Source: a virus (taxonomy: Duplodnaviria; Caudoviricetes). Taken from it: DNA of 64,000 bases. The stretch is taken from positions 788-64,787 of the IMG/VR virus record IMGVR_UViG_3300021962_000097. One strand, given 5' to 3'. The notes beneath the pieces were generated by a model. It made no database searches, had not been told where the DNA came from, and saw nothing but the letters and a program-made list of their open reading frames with translations. Each line of letters opens with the position of its first letter. Positions within the stretch are counted from its first letter, which is position 1. The translations under genes and the position numbers were made by a program. Below are positions 1 to 11,892 of this stretch, one piece after another.

Positions 1-3000
1 TATCTTCAAGCCCTAATCTTCTAAAAGAAGTAATTTTACTAGTACCTATTCTACCTATAGAATTTATTGCAATAGGATTATTAGGTGTTACAGATACACA
101 ATAGTAGATACTACCTGCATCAATTCCTCCAATTGAAGAACCTGTAAACTCTAATAGTCTTCCTGCTTCAATGTTAGTTGTATTAGTTAATTCAATTACA
201 TTTCCATAACTATATGTTTGAATAGCGTTTGTATTAATCTGTTTACTATTAGCACCAACTGTTATAATATAATCATCAAAATTAGGATCTTGTGAATCCC
301 ATCCGTCTGAGAACCAAGGAGTACTACCCCAACCTTGTGCAATGTTAAATCCTAAACCAGTAATTTGAACACCACCGTAGTCAACTCCGCGCATCAGTTG
401 TCCTAGTTGCTTACCAAATTCTTTAGTTCCAGGATTGTAATACCAATTAATTCTATCAGCAGCTGATAGATAATTATAATCTTTCAAGTAGGTAATTTTA
501 ATAACAGCTCCTTTTGCTGGTGCTGTTAAGAATGTTAACAATCCATAGTAACTTGTATATCCCCTAGTTGTAGTTTTTTTGCTACTAAGTATGTAAGAAT
601 TTCTAAGAGCTGCTACTCCGTCAATTAAAACTTCTGAATCGGCTAGTTTAATGCTAGGACTCCATTTTAATATAAATTGTGTCTTACTGCCTGTTCCAAT
701 AAATTTAGAATCTGTTTCGCCTGATTCAATTTCTTGCAGTTCAGTAATATAATATTGACTAGTAACTCTGTCAAATTTAATTCTAGTATAATTTGATCTT
801 ACAAGACTACTACCAATTCTAGCACTTGCACTTGCGCTTACACCATTAGAATCTAATCCTCCTTGGAACACAACTGTCGGCACTGTTAAGTAGCCGCTAC
901 CGTTAGTAATCAAAGATATTCTTGCAACTTTTCCATTTGTTAAGTATGCCCTAGCAGTAGCTCCTGTGCCGCTATTACTTTCTATTATCACTGTAGGAGT
1001 GCTGATATAACCAGATCCACCATCGTTAATGATAATTTCAGTAACTTGGAAACCTACATTATCAGTCCAATTTTTCCAAGGATAATCTTCAATAAGTGCA
1101 GATTCGCTGAATACTTGGTTATCTACTATTGTCACTGGTACTGTTGTAAATCTACCATCTTCATATATCGGAGGTAAATCAAAATCAGTGACAACTGATT
1201 TGGCTGAATCAATTTTAGTATAAGAACTAATAAATTCTCTAATCTTTGTTCTATAAGGTTTTACTTCACTGATGTAAGATTCAAAATCAGATAAGTTATC
1301 ATTGTTGTATGTAACTTTTTCTTTTAAACTTCCTACATTGTGTTGAGCTTTAATAAAACTTGTTTTAAAAGCCCAGTCAATATATTGTTGTTCGTTATAA
1401 GCATATCTTAAACACGCAAAAAATGCATCAAGATAATCTTGTTTTAAATTATCTATAAGAATATCATTTTTAATGCTGTCTAATATAATTCTTAATTCAA
1501 CTTCTGCTGCATTATCATATCCGTCTCCGTCGAATGAGGGGCCATCATAACCTATACCACTATTTCTAAAATTATATAAGTTACTAGAGAATTGTATTGT
1601 ACCTTTTTCTCTACCAACTACTTTGTAAGATTGTGTATAATCAGCACTGGTACTATTTGCATATTTTTCTAATAATAACCATCCGCCTGAACCAACGTTT
1701 TTAATTTTAACTATTTGTCCAATCTCTATATTAACTGTGGCTAATTCATAAACAGAATTTAGAGAGAAATTTGCAGGTGTGAATTGACTATATCCTGTTT
1801 TATAGTAATCTACAGTATTCCAGTATTGTCTTACATCATAACTTTGACTCTTTACACGTGACCATGTTAAACTTGTTGAATCATAAGAATAGATGCTCCA
1901 TCTATCAAGTGCTTGTGAATCAAAATGTACTAGTGCAGAGAACGGTCTTAGAGTTAATACAGTCGTATCTTCGGTGTAACCTTCACCAGAATTTTCTATT
2001 ACAACTCCGGATATTCCCCCTGTAACATTTAAAATAGTTTTAATTTTTGCATTTATTCCAGAACCAGCAACGTCAATATAAGGTGCATAAACATATCCTG
2101 ATCCAGGATTATTTACAATAATGTCTATTATTCTGCCGTCGACAATTATAGGTGTTAATGATGGATACCTAACAGCAGTAATACCAATAGTTCTTAATTC
2201 TGTATCATAGTCTACTACTACATCATATTGTCCAAGAATTGTTGAAGGTTCTTTTTCAAAACTGTTAAGAGATGTAATATCTTTTTCTTCGACTATAATA
2301 TGTTTAAGTAGTGAAGAATTTACACGTTCAATATATTGTTTTAATGCCTCGTATCTATTAATAAACATACTTTGACGAGGACGATTTTCAACACCATATC
2401 TAAGTTTAGGTGGTAGTGTTACATCGGGTACTCGTCTACCTTTACTGTCTTTTCCACAAAGGCTATCAATAAGTTTACGCTCAATAGTAATAGGTAAATT
2501 TGTATTTGTATCATTACTAATTAACTTCCATTGATGATGACTATTAATGTCAGTGTCATCAATGGTCCAGTATTCAATGTAAAGATTTACATCAGTATGC
2601 TCTAACAAGTTTGCAACATTTACTAAACTAAACGTATTAGTTCCTGTGAACGCAATGTATTTGTAACCATAATTTTTAGGATCGGCTATAAGGTCTGCTA
2701 CATCCTTTGCAGATAGTTTTCTTCCTTTAACTTCTGGTATTATAGTTTTATTTTTTACCCAGAAGTAGTAAGTATTTCTAAAACTCTTAGAAACAGTATC
2801 ATATGTCTGTTTAATGCTGTAAGCAGAATTTCCATATAAACTTGTACCACTTATATTAGCAGTAAACCCTTCTATAGTATCTGCGATAGCATCCCAATCT
2901 TCAGGTAACAGACTAGATGATACCCATTCGTATATGTCTATACTAGCTGTTTCATACAATGTATTCCAAGTAGAATTCTTATATACACTATCACCGTTAT

Positions 3001-6000
3001 AACTGTCTAAAAACTTAGCTTTAGACATGTTCCACCATAGAGTACCAACATTAGAAGATGTCCAGGCTTGTCCGTTATCAACATTTAACGTTTCGGTTCC
3101 TACTGTATAAATTGCAGGATCATAATATGTTTTGTACTTAATTTCTTGATCTGCAATACCTGCAATTTTTCCTTGTATAGGATCAATAATATCTAAGTAA
3201 GAAACTAACTGTTGTGTCTTTTTATTATACAAAAATATTTGTTTAATTTTGTTAATGTCAATTTTATCAGCTTCTGTACGTAATGCAGACCATGAATATG
3301 TATTTGGTGATTTGGTATAAGAATATAATTTACCTGAGGTATATGTAGCATCTACTGCATTTATAGCGCTGGCGATAATAATATTATTAGCGGCAACTAA
3401 ATGTAAACCATAGTCATCTCCGTCGACATTTTCAGTTTTTAAATTTTCTGCAAAAACCCATTTGGTTGAGTATCTGTCATAAACATCAATTCTTCCAGAA
3501 TCAGTTACGATTGAACCATCATCTTTTATGCTGTCTCCGTTGGCGCTAGAAATTACAAGTGTTTCGTCATTGTTCATAAACGATACTTGAGTTCCGTATC
3601 CTTCAGATCCTTCTGGTAATCTGCTAGTAATTGTTTGATACAGTATGTATTCTGCGCCGGATAGTTTATAAATTTTTACATTACCTTGATTGGTATTAGT
3701 GGTTCTATTACCTATAGCAATGTAAGTGCCGTCTTTAGAAACAGATAAACTATAATCTGCACTAGTGACTCCGGGATTAATTGTATCAATAACTAGACCG
3801 TTACTCCCTAAGACCGTAACACTGTTAGTACCATATGAGGTGACTGCTATAGTAGAGCCGTCATTTGATGCTTTAATTGTCTTGCCAAAATACGTGCCAG
3901 CGACTGATGAAGTTACTAGATTTCCTGTGTTCCATTGTAAGATATCATCTACAATAGTATAATCATATTGGTATAGTTTTGCAGAAAAGTCTGCAGACTG
4001 TGTTGAGATAAAAAGTTTATTATCATCTGCAAATTCAACAGTTGATCCAAATTTTTCATTATCTGTTGCACTAGAAGATAATATAACCCTGTATAAATCA
4101 TATTGATTTGATGATTTACGATTGTATAAACATACCATCCCTTGGTTAGTTAGGTTACTAGTTTTACCTATATACTGTAATGAATTATTACCATACATCT
4201 TATAGGCTGTTGAGTTATATCCTGTACTAGTTGTATGTTCCGGAACTATTGAAGAGAAAGCACTGTTTAACAATACTGTCACTTTTCCAGTTGCTTCTAT
4301 CATTTCATATGGATCGCCTGGATTATTAGGAATACCCCAAGTATTGCCTGCTACTCCAGTTATATCAACTGTCGGCGATGTTACTAAAGTTTCACTTACT
4401 GTAAATACTGTATTGTTTTTAATAGACTTTACATAATAGTTTTGAGCAGTAGATAGTCCTCCAAATACAGAACCAATGAATCTAACTTTCATTCCTACAA
4501 CCATACCTTTGGTTGTATCAACAGTTATATACCCCCTATCAACCCCGTCAATTTGAGGAGATGTAGCTGTAGCATTAGTGGTTAAATTTCCAACTGTGGC
4601 AGTTAATGTGCTAGAAGGTATAGAATACTCTACCCATTCAGCTAAAATAAAATCACCTTGTGTAGAAGATGTAGTTGTACATTTATACAGTATATGGTCG
4701 TACATAACGATATCATTAAGTACATAGGTAATATTTGTTTGATAAAATCCTTGATAAGAAGAATTAAATTTTGCAGTAGATAGTGCCAAGGCAGTACCTA
4801 CACTTGCTTCTACATTACTAGCATAGATATTAGCAGTTTTGCTAATAGTAATTCTATAACCGTCTATATCAATTGATTTAACATAATATGGCCCTACATT
4901 TGATACAATATTTCCAAAAGCATTACCATCAAACACAACTGGCATTCCGACTTTCATACCTGCAGTATTTGTCAATGTTATTTTTGCAGAAGCACTATCT
5001 GTAGAAACAACTGTGGCCACAACATGAGGCACTGTTTTATAATAGTGTACAGTATAATCATCTACTTGTTTTGATCTTACATAACGATTATCGTCTGCCG
5101 ATCTTCCAATTTGCCATAAGATAGATGATTTTATAATGTCAGGCGATGCTTTGTATTCTCCTACTAAAGATAATACATTAGATGACAAAGGAGAACCAAC
5201 TGCTAGCCAGTTTTTATCTTTAGATATAGCTACAGTTTTTCCAAATGATCCAGCAGAAGTGTCATGCCAGAATGCAATATCTGCATCAGTAAAATTAAAT
5301 GTAAGATTAAGTGTCTGACTTCTTGACCAAGGAGCACTATATCCAAAACGATCATAAATTATCACACTGTCTTTATTTGTCGACACTACAAGAGTAGATG
5401 CTAAAGAATCAATTGCTAATTCATTTCCAAATTTTAGATCTGATGAAGGGTACTTGTTAGGAATATTGGTGTAAGAATAGACTGTGTTATATTCATAGAC
5501 AGACCATTTATTTTTTCCGTTGTTGTTTACCCATAGCAACTCTTTGTCTTTGATTTTTTTAGGAAGTTCTAAATCTATGTCATCAATATTTTCAATTTTT
5601 TGACTGTCAAAATAATACAAAGAAATATCTTCATAAGTTATAGACTGTGGAAAATTGTCGATAGTTGCAGTGACTGTAATAAGAGTTCCGTCAATATTAT
5701 CAATCTTATAGAATCCTTGAACCTTGTCAATGCCAGTGAGTCCTAAGTAGTCGCCTACTTCTAAATAATTCACAGTGTCAACTGTTATTGAAAGTGTTGT
5801 TTCTTCATATTCCAATAAACTTACACTGCTTCCAGTGTCAGTGATCCTATAAATGTTCCAGTAGGTTGGTGGTAACTCAAAAGTAGTCCATACATAATCG
5901 CCCACAGTAAACTTAGTAATATCATAAGATAACAGATCTGCCAGTGTATCTACATTAGCAGCTACTTCGTCTGCTCTGACATATCCAGGTGTTCTTAAAT

Positions 6001-9000
6001 AAGGACTAAAATTATTATTAACAGGCCAAGGATTTGAATTGTATGCTAAAGGTTTTAAGTAGATATCATTAGGTGTTTGTCTAATAACAAAATCTACTAA
6101 ACCAGGATCTACAGTATTAACTAGTTCAATAGCCTGAGGATTATTTTTAAACAGACTTTCGTCTAGTTCAAATTCTATTTCTTCAAATGCATTAATCGAA
6201 CCGTATTGGCCTACTCTGATTGCCCACTCTTCAAAAAAGGTTAGACTTTCTCGATCGTCAGCACTTAACACATCAAACAGTTTATTCAAAACATTTTGAG
6301 TGCCTTTTTCTATAATCATACCTTGATAAAATTTATACTCGCTAATATCATCTTTTATAATATTTTCAAGATATTGTCTCTTTTGATAACCAATTAAATG
6401 TTGAGCAATTTTTTGTTGCCCTAGGTCAAAGTTGTCACTGTCTAGGCTATAAAAATCAGTAAACTGTTCAGCTTTATACGACCAGTTAGGTAATAATCTT
6501 GAAGTTGGTTTATTAGGTAACTTAATCCATTCATTGCTAATAAACTCTGATGTTCCAACTAATTTACCGGCTGCACTATAATAAAATTCTTTGTACTTTA
6601 CAGTGTCTCCTAGATTATAATCTATCCATGGTTCCCAATCTTTTATTACCGCTTGATCATATATAAAACCGGGAACATTAAATCCGCCGTTCCAACCTGT
6701 TGATACATAACCCAAGACTTTTATTTTTTCTTGCCTATAACCTGTAGTTGGATCATATAAAGTATCATTGAATAGAGTTTTATTATCTAATAATAAAATA
6801 TGTTCTTTTTGTACAAAATAAAATACTGCTCCGTATATTCCATCAGAAGTTGTAGAATATGAAAATTCATTGTCTTCTCTATAAGAATTTATTAAGTCTT
6901 CATCTATTTTAGTGCCGTCAACTTTAAAAAATTCGTATACATTAAATTGATCTTTTATATCGTCAACAACTGATAATTCAGAAGAGATAGTTATAACATT
7001 AGCAGACGGACTAACTGCCAACACACTCGCACCTACGGTTGATAAACCGTCTAATTTCGTCCAATCATTTTCTACAAATATATCTCCAGGCTCTACAAAT
7101 ACATCGGCCTTGTAATAATCTCCATTAAACTTTACAATTTCTCCCACTTGGTAACTATCACTCGGTAACCAATCTTTCCATTTGTCTTCGCCAGTTGACC
7201 AATTTTGTGTAGTCCAGAACAAAAATTCTTTTGCACTGGTTACCCAATTAGTAACTTCACCTAAATTATTATTAAAATCGTCAAAAACAAATCCTTGATC
7301 TTTTAGATATTCTCCATAGCCTACTAAAAAGTCTACTACTTCTTGAATTGTTTTAAATTTTGTTCCATAGGCTACAGTAATAGGCTCAGTTCTATCCCAT
7401 GCAGTTCTAATAAAGGCATCCCTACCACCATTAATCGGTAAACCGTTTAATGTCATGTAATAAGATAAATCAAAGGTATTGCTAGAGGTATGAGTCGCTT
7501 TAACTTTATAATACCTAGTACCATACTTGACTGTTTTACCACTAGGATATAATTGATTTGGTGACCATTCAACAAACGATTCACTTATACCTCCTACATT
7601 TATACTATAGCCAGGAGCTGTCCATCCATAATAATAAAAATAAGGACTAGATTTACTATAGCCTTTTACTTCATATCCTGTAGACAATCGTGTTACTATA
7701 ACACCACTATAAACTAATTTTTTAATAGGACTAGAAGAATTTAAAATTACTGAATAATTTTCTTGAGGTACATAAATTCCTCCAATTGCTGTGGGACTCT
7801 TAGAATCTAATAATAAATTAAATCTTTCTTTTTCTGTGAATCCGCTTACACGATATGATAACTGCATTGAGCTATAAAATAGATCATACTTGTATTCGTT
7901 AAGAGATTTTTGATTATCGTGTTGAATATAGTCAACAACATAATTCACAAGTCCTGCAGTCTGCACTCGCTGAGTATCAGTATAAATGCTAGGTGTTACA
8001 ATATCTTTCAAACGAAGTCTTAATTTTGTTTCTTTATAAACAATTTGATCGGATGCATCGCGATAAATTCTAGAACGATCAAATAATAAGCCTATTGTTC
8101 TAGCAGGATACATCAATATTAGTGTAGAAATTACACTAAAAGGATAGTATGCACTTCTACGCCATGCACTTTCAACAGGACTAACATCACCAAAAATAAA
8201 ATCTTGGCCTGTTATTTCAGTTATAACTCCACTGGTTAAAGTATTTTCTGCAGGGCTAACAATTTTACCATCTTGATCAACAGGTAAATGGTCCATCAGA
8301 TAAGGTTTAACATATTTAGGATTTCTATAAATTGGTTGACCTGGAACTTTAATAATACCTTCAGAAATATCTTGCCACATAACTTTATTGTCTGAAGTAT
8401 AGGGTGCTGCACCATATTGATCAATCCACCAATATGGCATTACACTAAATCCTAACATTTCCCAAGGACAGATGTTAGGACGGTCTGTATCGTACATCCA
8501 GCGATAAATGCCTCTCCAGTATCCAGGCAAAGGTCTGCCATCAGGAGCGGGTAGTCCTCTATAATTAAAAGTCAGACTATTATATTGATCATAAGATAAA
8601 GGTTTTGTAAAATCCCTATTAATCAAACTAGTCCATTGATAAAAAGAAGGGGCTAGTATTTTATTAAATTCGTCTAAAGAATAGTCGTTATTTTGACTGT
8701 AACGAGGTATAAGTTCATTAACATCAAAAATATCAGGATTGTAAGACACTTTAATGTTATTAAAAATTCTTTTTTCTAATTCTAAAAGAAGGTCATCTCT
8801 ATAATCTTCATATGCTAGAACTACACTGCCGTCGTGGCCTTGAATAACATATCTAGGTGTTAGGAAACTGTTATCAAGATATTTCTTAGGTTCAAATTTT
8901 GGCCACATTCCTAATTTTGTTGGTGTTGCTGGCACAAAACTACCATCAGTACTTTCATATTCTACTATGGTGATGATGTCATCGTTAGATACTTCTGCAC

Positions 9001-11881
9001 GGTCGGTTAACACAATAAACCCGTCAGGATTAAATGTATAATCAATTTCATGTAAAATTTGATTATTATTAATATAAACTAAAACTGCTTTTGAAGACAG
9101 TTCATTTAAATTAAAAGAATTTGTTAACGGATAAGTTTTTGTTCTATAATCAACTACAGTTATTTTTGTGGTTGTTGCTGAGCCGTTAGGAATCATATCA
9201 CTAAAATAATATGATGATGTTTTAGGTTTATTTTTATTAATTTCATTTAGAATTAAATCAACAAATTCTACTGTGTCTGCATCAATTCCTAAATTTTCTG
9301 CTAAATTTATAAATGTTCTTTTAAATGAACCATAATCATCTCTTGCTTGTTCTAGAGCTTTGATAATGTTATTTGATTTATTTGTAAGATGGTACAAGGC
9401 TAAAGGTAATGCACCTTCATGCTGTACAAATCTTGTGCCGTAAGGACTGACATTTCCTAGATCTCTTAGATTGCTAGCACCAAGATACTCTCCGTCAAAT
9501 GTATCTAAATTATCTATAATTGAATCTACATGATCGATTACTTCTCCTAATGTAAATTCAAGAGGATTTTCATTCATTGGATTATTTTGAAGATTAACTG
9601 GTAATTCATAATATCCATTTGAATTTTTAGCTTGTGCTGCAAAAGTTTTTAATGTTATAACATCAGTTGTTTGATAATTAATACCTGCAGCATTTATGCT
9701 GTCTATTTTAAAATAAACATATTTGAATCTAATACCATCTTTTATTTCCCAATATTTTTGATCTAATCTCTTGCCGTTAATATAAACACGAACTTCAAGG
9801 TCAACAAGATCATTAATATTATCGTAGACGTCAATATCAAAATTATTTGTTTTTTCAGGATCCCTATAAATTCTTACAATAGGTTGATAGCGAGTAACGC
9901 TACTACGTTCCCAGCCCGACACATAAGAAATGTCAGTTAGACTGTCAAATTTAACTAATTTTCCAACAGAGATCGACTGTGTTTTAACATCAATTACTCG
10001 TTTATAGACAAACGTGTCACTTAATAAATTAAAATTAAAAACAATATCACCAATATTATTAATATTCTTATATGATAAAGGAAATCCTAATTTGCTATCG
10101 TTAGTACCCTTACCAATTTTGTATGAAAACAGTTTTGTTCCGGTGAAACTTGTACCATCATAGATTGTAATATCGCCATAGCTATAACCATTTTCGTCAA
10201 CTACATCAAATAAAGGAGGTTGATTAACACTTGTTTTTTGTTGTCCTTTGACCCAAGTAGAACCATTATAATAATAGGTCATTCCTTGATTTTGAACCCC
10301 GTACTTAATTAATACGGATTGGTTTTCTATTGGAGTAGAGTCTTCTACTAGATGTATCTGGCGTTGTAATGATTCACCAGGAGGTGTTACTCTAATAAAT
10401 TCTACTCTATAAATTTTGTTTTTTACAAGAATATCAGTATCTGCTAAAAATAATACTCGTTGGCCTTGAGCTAGATTAATGCCATCGACTACATATCCAG
10501 GTTGTCCTTCAACATTCGAAAATACATCTGTCGTGAAAGTATCTATAAGATCAACATCAACTGTAGCTTCTAATCCAAAATTATATAATTTTATTCCTGC
10601 TTCAAATTCAATAATTGGACGAACAGCACGAGCATCTTGATCTAAACTTGCTATTTGTCCGTTGACGGCATAGCTTGTTTCTATAACATTTTTATGATAC
10701 CATCTGTTATTTCTTGCCCATGGATTTCTATCTTTGCTTCCTCTATTGACCACAATATAATCTTTAGATGTACTAAAGGTTGTTGCAATATCAAAAGACT
10801 GTTGATCAAAAGGCGAATCATCAAACGGTACTTCAAAACTATCTGTAGTGGTACTAATAAGTTCTAGATCATTTTCTAAAATTAGTTGTATTTTCTTTCC
10901 AACACCTTCAACATAATAGAGTCCAGTCTTATACTGTTCAGGAGTAACGTTACCTTTGAATCGTAACTTCATTCCGTTGCTTAATTTTGTTCCATCAGCT
11001 AATTTAAAAGTTTTTTTGCCTACAATTTCATTTTCAACATCAATGGCAGTGTTTTCTTTAATGTCGTATATTTTAAAAATTCCTCCTAAATTAGGATCAT
11101 TTTCACTGACATAATAAAGAACATTAGGAGCTTTTTCAGGAACTTTAAAAGTTAGAGTCCCAGATTCAACTGCATAAACAGTGTCATTACCCCAGTTATA
11201 TCTATTATCTACTCCAGCAGAACGTTCTGTTTTAATACTAAAAGGTTCTCCAGGACTGTTTATTTCAAAATGGTAAGTCTGACCTCTGTAGAGTTTTACT
11301 GCTGGATTCCTATTCAATCCATTTGGTGTGAGTATGTATTCTTTATATCCACCTGCATCGTCGATGTTTACAGTATATGTACTTTCAATTTTTTGTTGAA
11401 GCCCGTAGACATTAATAACTGGAGGACCGTATGGTAGCCAATAGTATTGTTGAAAGTTGACAAACTTATCCCAATCAATATGTGGATTCCACGAATACAA
11501 TTCTTGTCTATTAAGACGCTCATGATTAGATACATCGGCTCCAAATACGCTTAGTTGATTTATATAATCGATGTAATCTTTATAAAAATTTACATTGTCA
11601 AGTGTGTCTTTTGAAACCATGCTAGGTTCTAATTGATAATTTTGACGTTGTATATTAGCAGCTTCAATAAAAATATCATTAGTAGTAGACGACTTGGCAT
11701 TTCGTCTGCCAATAAATCCTGTTAATTTTTTAACGGCGCCAGGCTGTGTGAGCTGGTCAATGGTTGCTTGGATGAATTTTTTGTTAGAATCAGTTCTATA
11801 ATATCTAGGTAATAGTTCAGAATTTTTTCTTTTTCTGTTTCCTGAGATTGGAACTGGGTTTTCTGATTGATTGTTACTCAT
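1..11881 (-). CDS. Giant virion/baseplate protein (>3,960 aa, 3' end outside window); positionally gp7-like baseplate wedge
   Basis: Not in the ORF track (no stop before the window edge). ATG at 11881 preceded by GGAG; translates MSNNQSENPVPISGNRKRKNSELLPRYYRTDSNKKFIQATIDQLTQPG. The same frame is open and protein-like at spot checks near 6300 (EYKFYQGMIIEKG) and at 2-240. Lies directly downstream of the gp6-like gene. The frame was not checked codon by codon. Confidence 0.85.
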   Translation of the reverse strand, partial: MSNNQSENPVPISGNRKRKNSELLPRYYRTDSNKKFIQATIDQLTQPGAVKKLTGFIGRRNAKSSTTNDIFIEAANIQRQNYQLEPSMVSKDTLDNVNFYKDYIDYINQLSVFGADVSNHERLNRQELYSWNPHIDWDKFVNFQQYYWLPYGPPVINVYGLQQKIESTYTVNIDDAGGYKEYILTPNGLNRNPAVKLYRGQTYHFEINSPGEPFSIKTERSAGVDNRYNWGNDTVYAVESGTLTFKVPEKAPNVLYYVSENDPNLGGIFKIYDIKENTAIDVENEIVGKKTFKLADGTKLSNGMKLRFKGNVTPEQYKTGLYYVEGVGKKIQLILENDLELISTTTDSFEVPFDDSPFDQQSFDIATTFSTSKDYIVVNRGSKDRNPWARNNRWYHKNVIETSYAVNGQIASLDQDARAVRPIIEFEAGIKLYNFGLEATVDVDLIDTFTTDVFSNVEGQPGYVVDGINLAQGQRVLFLADTDILVKNKIYRVEFIRVTPPGESLQRQIHLVEDSTPIENQSVLIKYGVQNQGMTYYYNGSTWVKGQQKTSVNQPPLFDVVDENGYSYGDITIYDGTSFTGTKLFSYKIGKGTNDSKLGFPLSYKNINNIGDIVFNFNLLSDTFVYKRVIDVKTQSISVGKLVKFDSLTDISYVSGWERSSVTRYQPIVRIYRDPEKTNNFDIDVYDNINDLVDLEVRVYINGKRLDQKYWEIKDGIRFKYVYFKIDSINAAGINYQTTDVITLKTFAAQAKNSNGYYELPVNLQNNPMNENPLEFTLGEVIDHVDSIIDNLDTFDGEYLGASNLRDLGNVSPYGTRFVQHEGALPLALYHLTNKSNNIIKALEQARDDYGSFKRTFINLAENLGIDADTVEFVDLILNEINKNKPKTSSYYFSDMIPNGSATTTKITVVDYRTKTYPLTNSFNLNELSSKAVLVYINNNQILHEIDYTFNPDGFIVLTDRAEVSNDDIITIVEYESTDGSFVPATPTKLGMWPKFEPKKYLDNSFLTPRYVIQGHDGSVVLAYEDYRDDLLLELEKRIFNNIKVSYNPDIFDVNELIPRYSQNNDYSLDEFNKILAPSFYQWTSLINRDFTKPLSYDQYNSLTFNYRGLPAPDGRPLPGYWRGIYRWMYDTDRPNICPWEMLGFSVMPYWWIDQYGAAPYTSDNKVMWQDISEGIIKVPGQPIYRNPKYVKPYLMDHLPVDQDGKIVSPAENTLTSGVITEITGQDFIFGDVSPVESAWRRSAYYPFSVISTLILMYPARTIGLLFDRSRIYRDASDQIVYKETKLRLRLKDIVTPSIYTDTQRVQTAGLVNYVVDYIQHDNQKSLNEYKYDLFYSSMQLSYRVSGFTEKERFNLLLDSKSPTAIGGIYVPQENYSVILNSSSPIKKLVYSGVIVTRLSTGYEVKGYSKSSPYFYYYGWTAPGYSINVGGISESFVEWSPNQLYPSGKTVKYGTRYYKVKATHTSSNTFDLSYYMTLNGLPINGGRDAFIRTAWDRTEPITVAYGTKFKTIQEVVDFLVGYGEYLKDQGFVFDDFNNNLGEVTNWVTSAKEFLFWTTQNWSTGEDKWKDWLPSDSYQVGEIVKFNGDYYKADVFVEPGDIFVENDWTKLDGLSTVGASVLAVSPSANVITISSELSVVDDIKDQFNVYEFFKVDGTKIDEDLINSYREDNEFSYSTTSDGIYGAVFYFVQKEHILLLDNKTLFNDTLYDPTTGYRQEKIKVLGYVSTGWNGGFNVPGFIYDQAVIKDWEPWIDYNLGDTVKYKEFYYSAAGKLVGTSEFISNEWIKLPNKPTSRLLPNWSYKAEQFTDFYSLDSDNFDLGQQKIAQHLIGYQKRQYLENIIKDDISEYKFYQGMIIEKGTQNVLNKLFDVLSADDRESLTFFEEWAIRVGQYGSINAFEEIEFELDESLFKNNPQAIELVNTVDPGLVDFVIRQTPNDIYLKPLAYNSNPWPVNNNFSPYLRTPGYVRADEVAANVDTLADLLSYDITKFTVGDYVWTTFELPPTYWNIYRITDTGSSVSLLEYEETTLSITVDTVNYLEVGDYLGLTGIDKVQGFYKIDNIDGTLITVTATIDNFPQSITYEDISLYYFDSQKIENIDDIDLELPKKIKDKELLWVNNNGKNKWSVYEYNTVYSYTNIPNKYPSSDLKFGNELAIDSLASTLVVSTNKDSVIIYDRFGYSAPWSRSQTLNLTFNFTDADIAFWHDTSAGSFGKTVAISKDKNWLAVGSPLSSNVLSLVGEYKASPDIIKSSILWQIGRSADDNRYVRSKQVDDYTVHYYKTVPHVVATVVSTDSASAKITLTNTAGMKVGMPVVFDGNAFGNIVSNVGPYYVKSIDIDGYRITISKTANIYASNVEASVGTALALSTAKFNSSYQGFYQTNITYVLNDIVMYDHILYKCTTTSSTQGDFILAEWVEYSIPSSTLTATVGNLTTNATATSPQIDGVDRGYITVDTTKGMVVGMKVRFIGSVFGGLSTAQNYYVKSIKNNTVFTVSETLVTSPTVDITGVAGNTWGIPNNPGDPYEMIEATGKVTVLLNSAFSSIVPEHTTSTGYNSTAYKMYGNNSLQYIGKTSNLTNQGMVCLYNRKSSNQYDLYRVILSSSATDNEKFGSTVEFADDNKLFISTQSADFSAKLYQYDYTIVDDILQWNTGNLVTSSVAGTYFGKTIKASNDGSTIAVTSYGTNSVTVLGSNGLVIDTINPGVTSADYSLSVSKDGTYIAIGNRTTNTNQGNVKIYKLSGAEYILYQTITSRLPEGSEGYGTQVSFMNNDETLVISSANGDSIKDDGSIVTDSGRIDVYDRYSTKWVFAENLKTENVDGDDYGLHLVAANNIIIASAINAVDATYTSGKLYSYTKSPNTYSWSALRTEADKIDINKIKQIFLYNKKTQQLVSYLDIIDPIQGKIAGIADQEIKYKTYYDPAIYTVGTETLNVDNGQAWTSSNVGTLWWNMSKAKFLDSYNGDSVYKNSTWNTLYETASIDIYEWVSSSLLPEDWDAIADTIEGFTANISGTSLYGNSAYSIKQTYDTVSKSFRNTYYFWVKNKTIIPEVKGRKLSAKDVADLIADPKNYGYKYIAFTGTNTFSLVNVANLLEHTDVNLYIEYWTIDDTDINSHHQWKLISNDTNTNLPITIERKLIDSLCGKDSKGRRVPDVTLPPKLRYGVENRPRQSMFINRYEALKQYIERVNSSLLKHIIVEEKDITSLNSFEKEPSTILGQYDVVVDYDTELRTIGITAVRYPSLTPIIVDGRIIDIIVNNPGSGYVYAPYIDVAGSGINAKIKTILNVTGGISGVVIENSGEGYTEDTTVLTLRPFSALVHFDSQALDRWSIYSYDSTSLTWSRVKSQSYDVRQYWNTVDYYKTGYSQFTPANFSLNSVYELATVNIEIGQIVKIKNVGSGGWLLLEKYANSTSADYTQSYKVVGREKGTIQFSSNLYNFRNSGIGYDGPSFDGDGYDNAAEVELRIILDSIKNDILIDNLKQDYLDAFFACLRYAYNEQQYIDWAFKTSFIKAQHNVGSLKEKVTYNNDNLSDFESYISEVKPYRTKIREFISSYTKIDSAKSVVTDFDLPPIYEDGRFTTVPVTIVDNQVFSESALIEDYPWKNWTDNVGFQVTEIIINDGGSGYISTPTVIIESNSGTGATARAYLTNGKVARISLITNGSGYLTVPTVVFQGGLDSNGVSASASARIGSSLVRSNYTRIKFDRVTSQYYITELQEIESGETDSKFIGTGSKTQFILKWSPSIKLADSEVLIDGVAALRNSYILSSKKTTTRGYTSYYGLLTFLTAPAKGAVIKITYLKDYNYLSAADRINWYYNPGTKEFGKQLGQLMRGVDYGGVQITGLGFNIAQGWGSTPWFSDGWDSQDPNFDDYIITVGANSKQINTNAIQTYSYGNVIELTNTTNIEAGRLLEFTGSSIGGIDAGSIYYCVSVTPNNPIAINSIGRIGTSKITSFRRLGLED

Positions 11882-11892
11882 TTATTCTCCGC

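Noticed and set aside
3765-10867. Short plus-strand ORFs (3765, 5136, 10655) and the apparent 12-kb ORF desert
   Set aside because: They are antisense shadows of the giant minus-strand CDS; the region is coding
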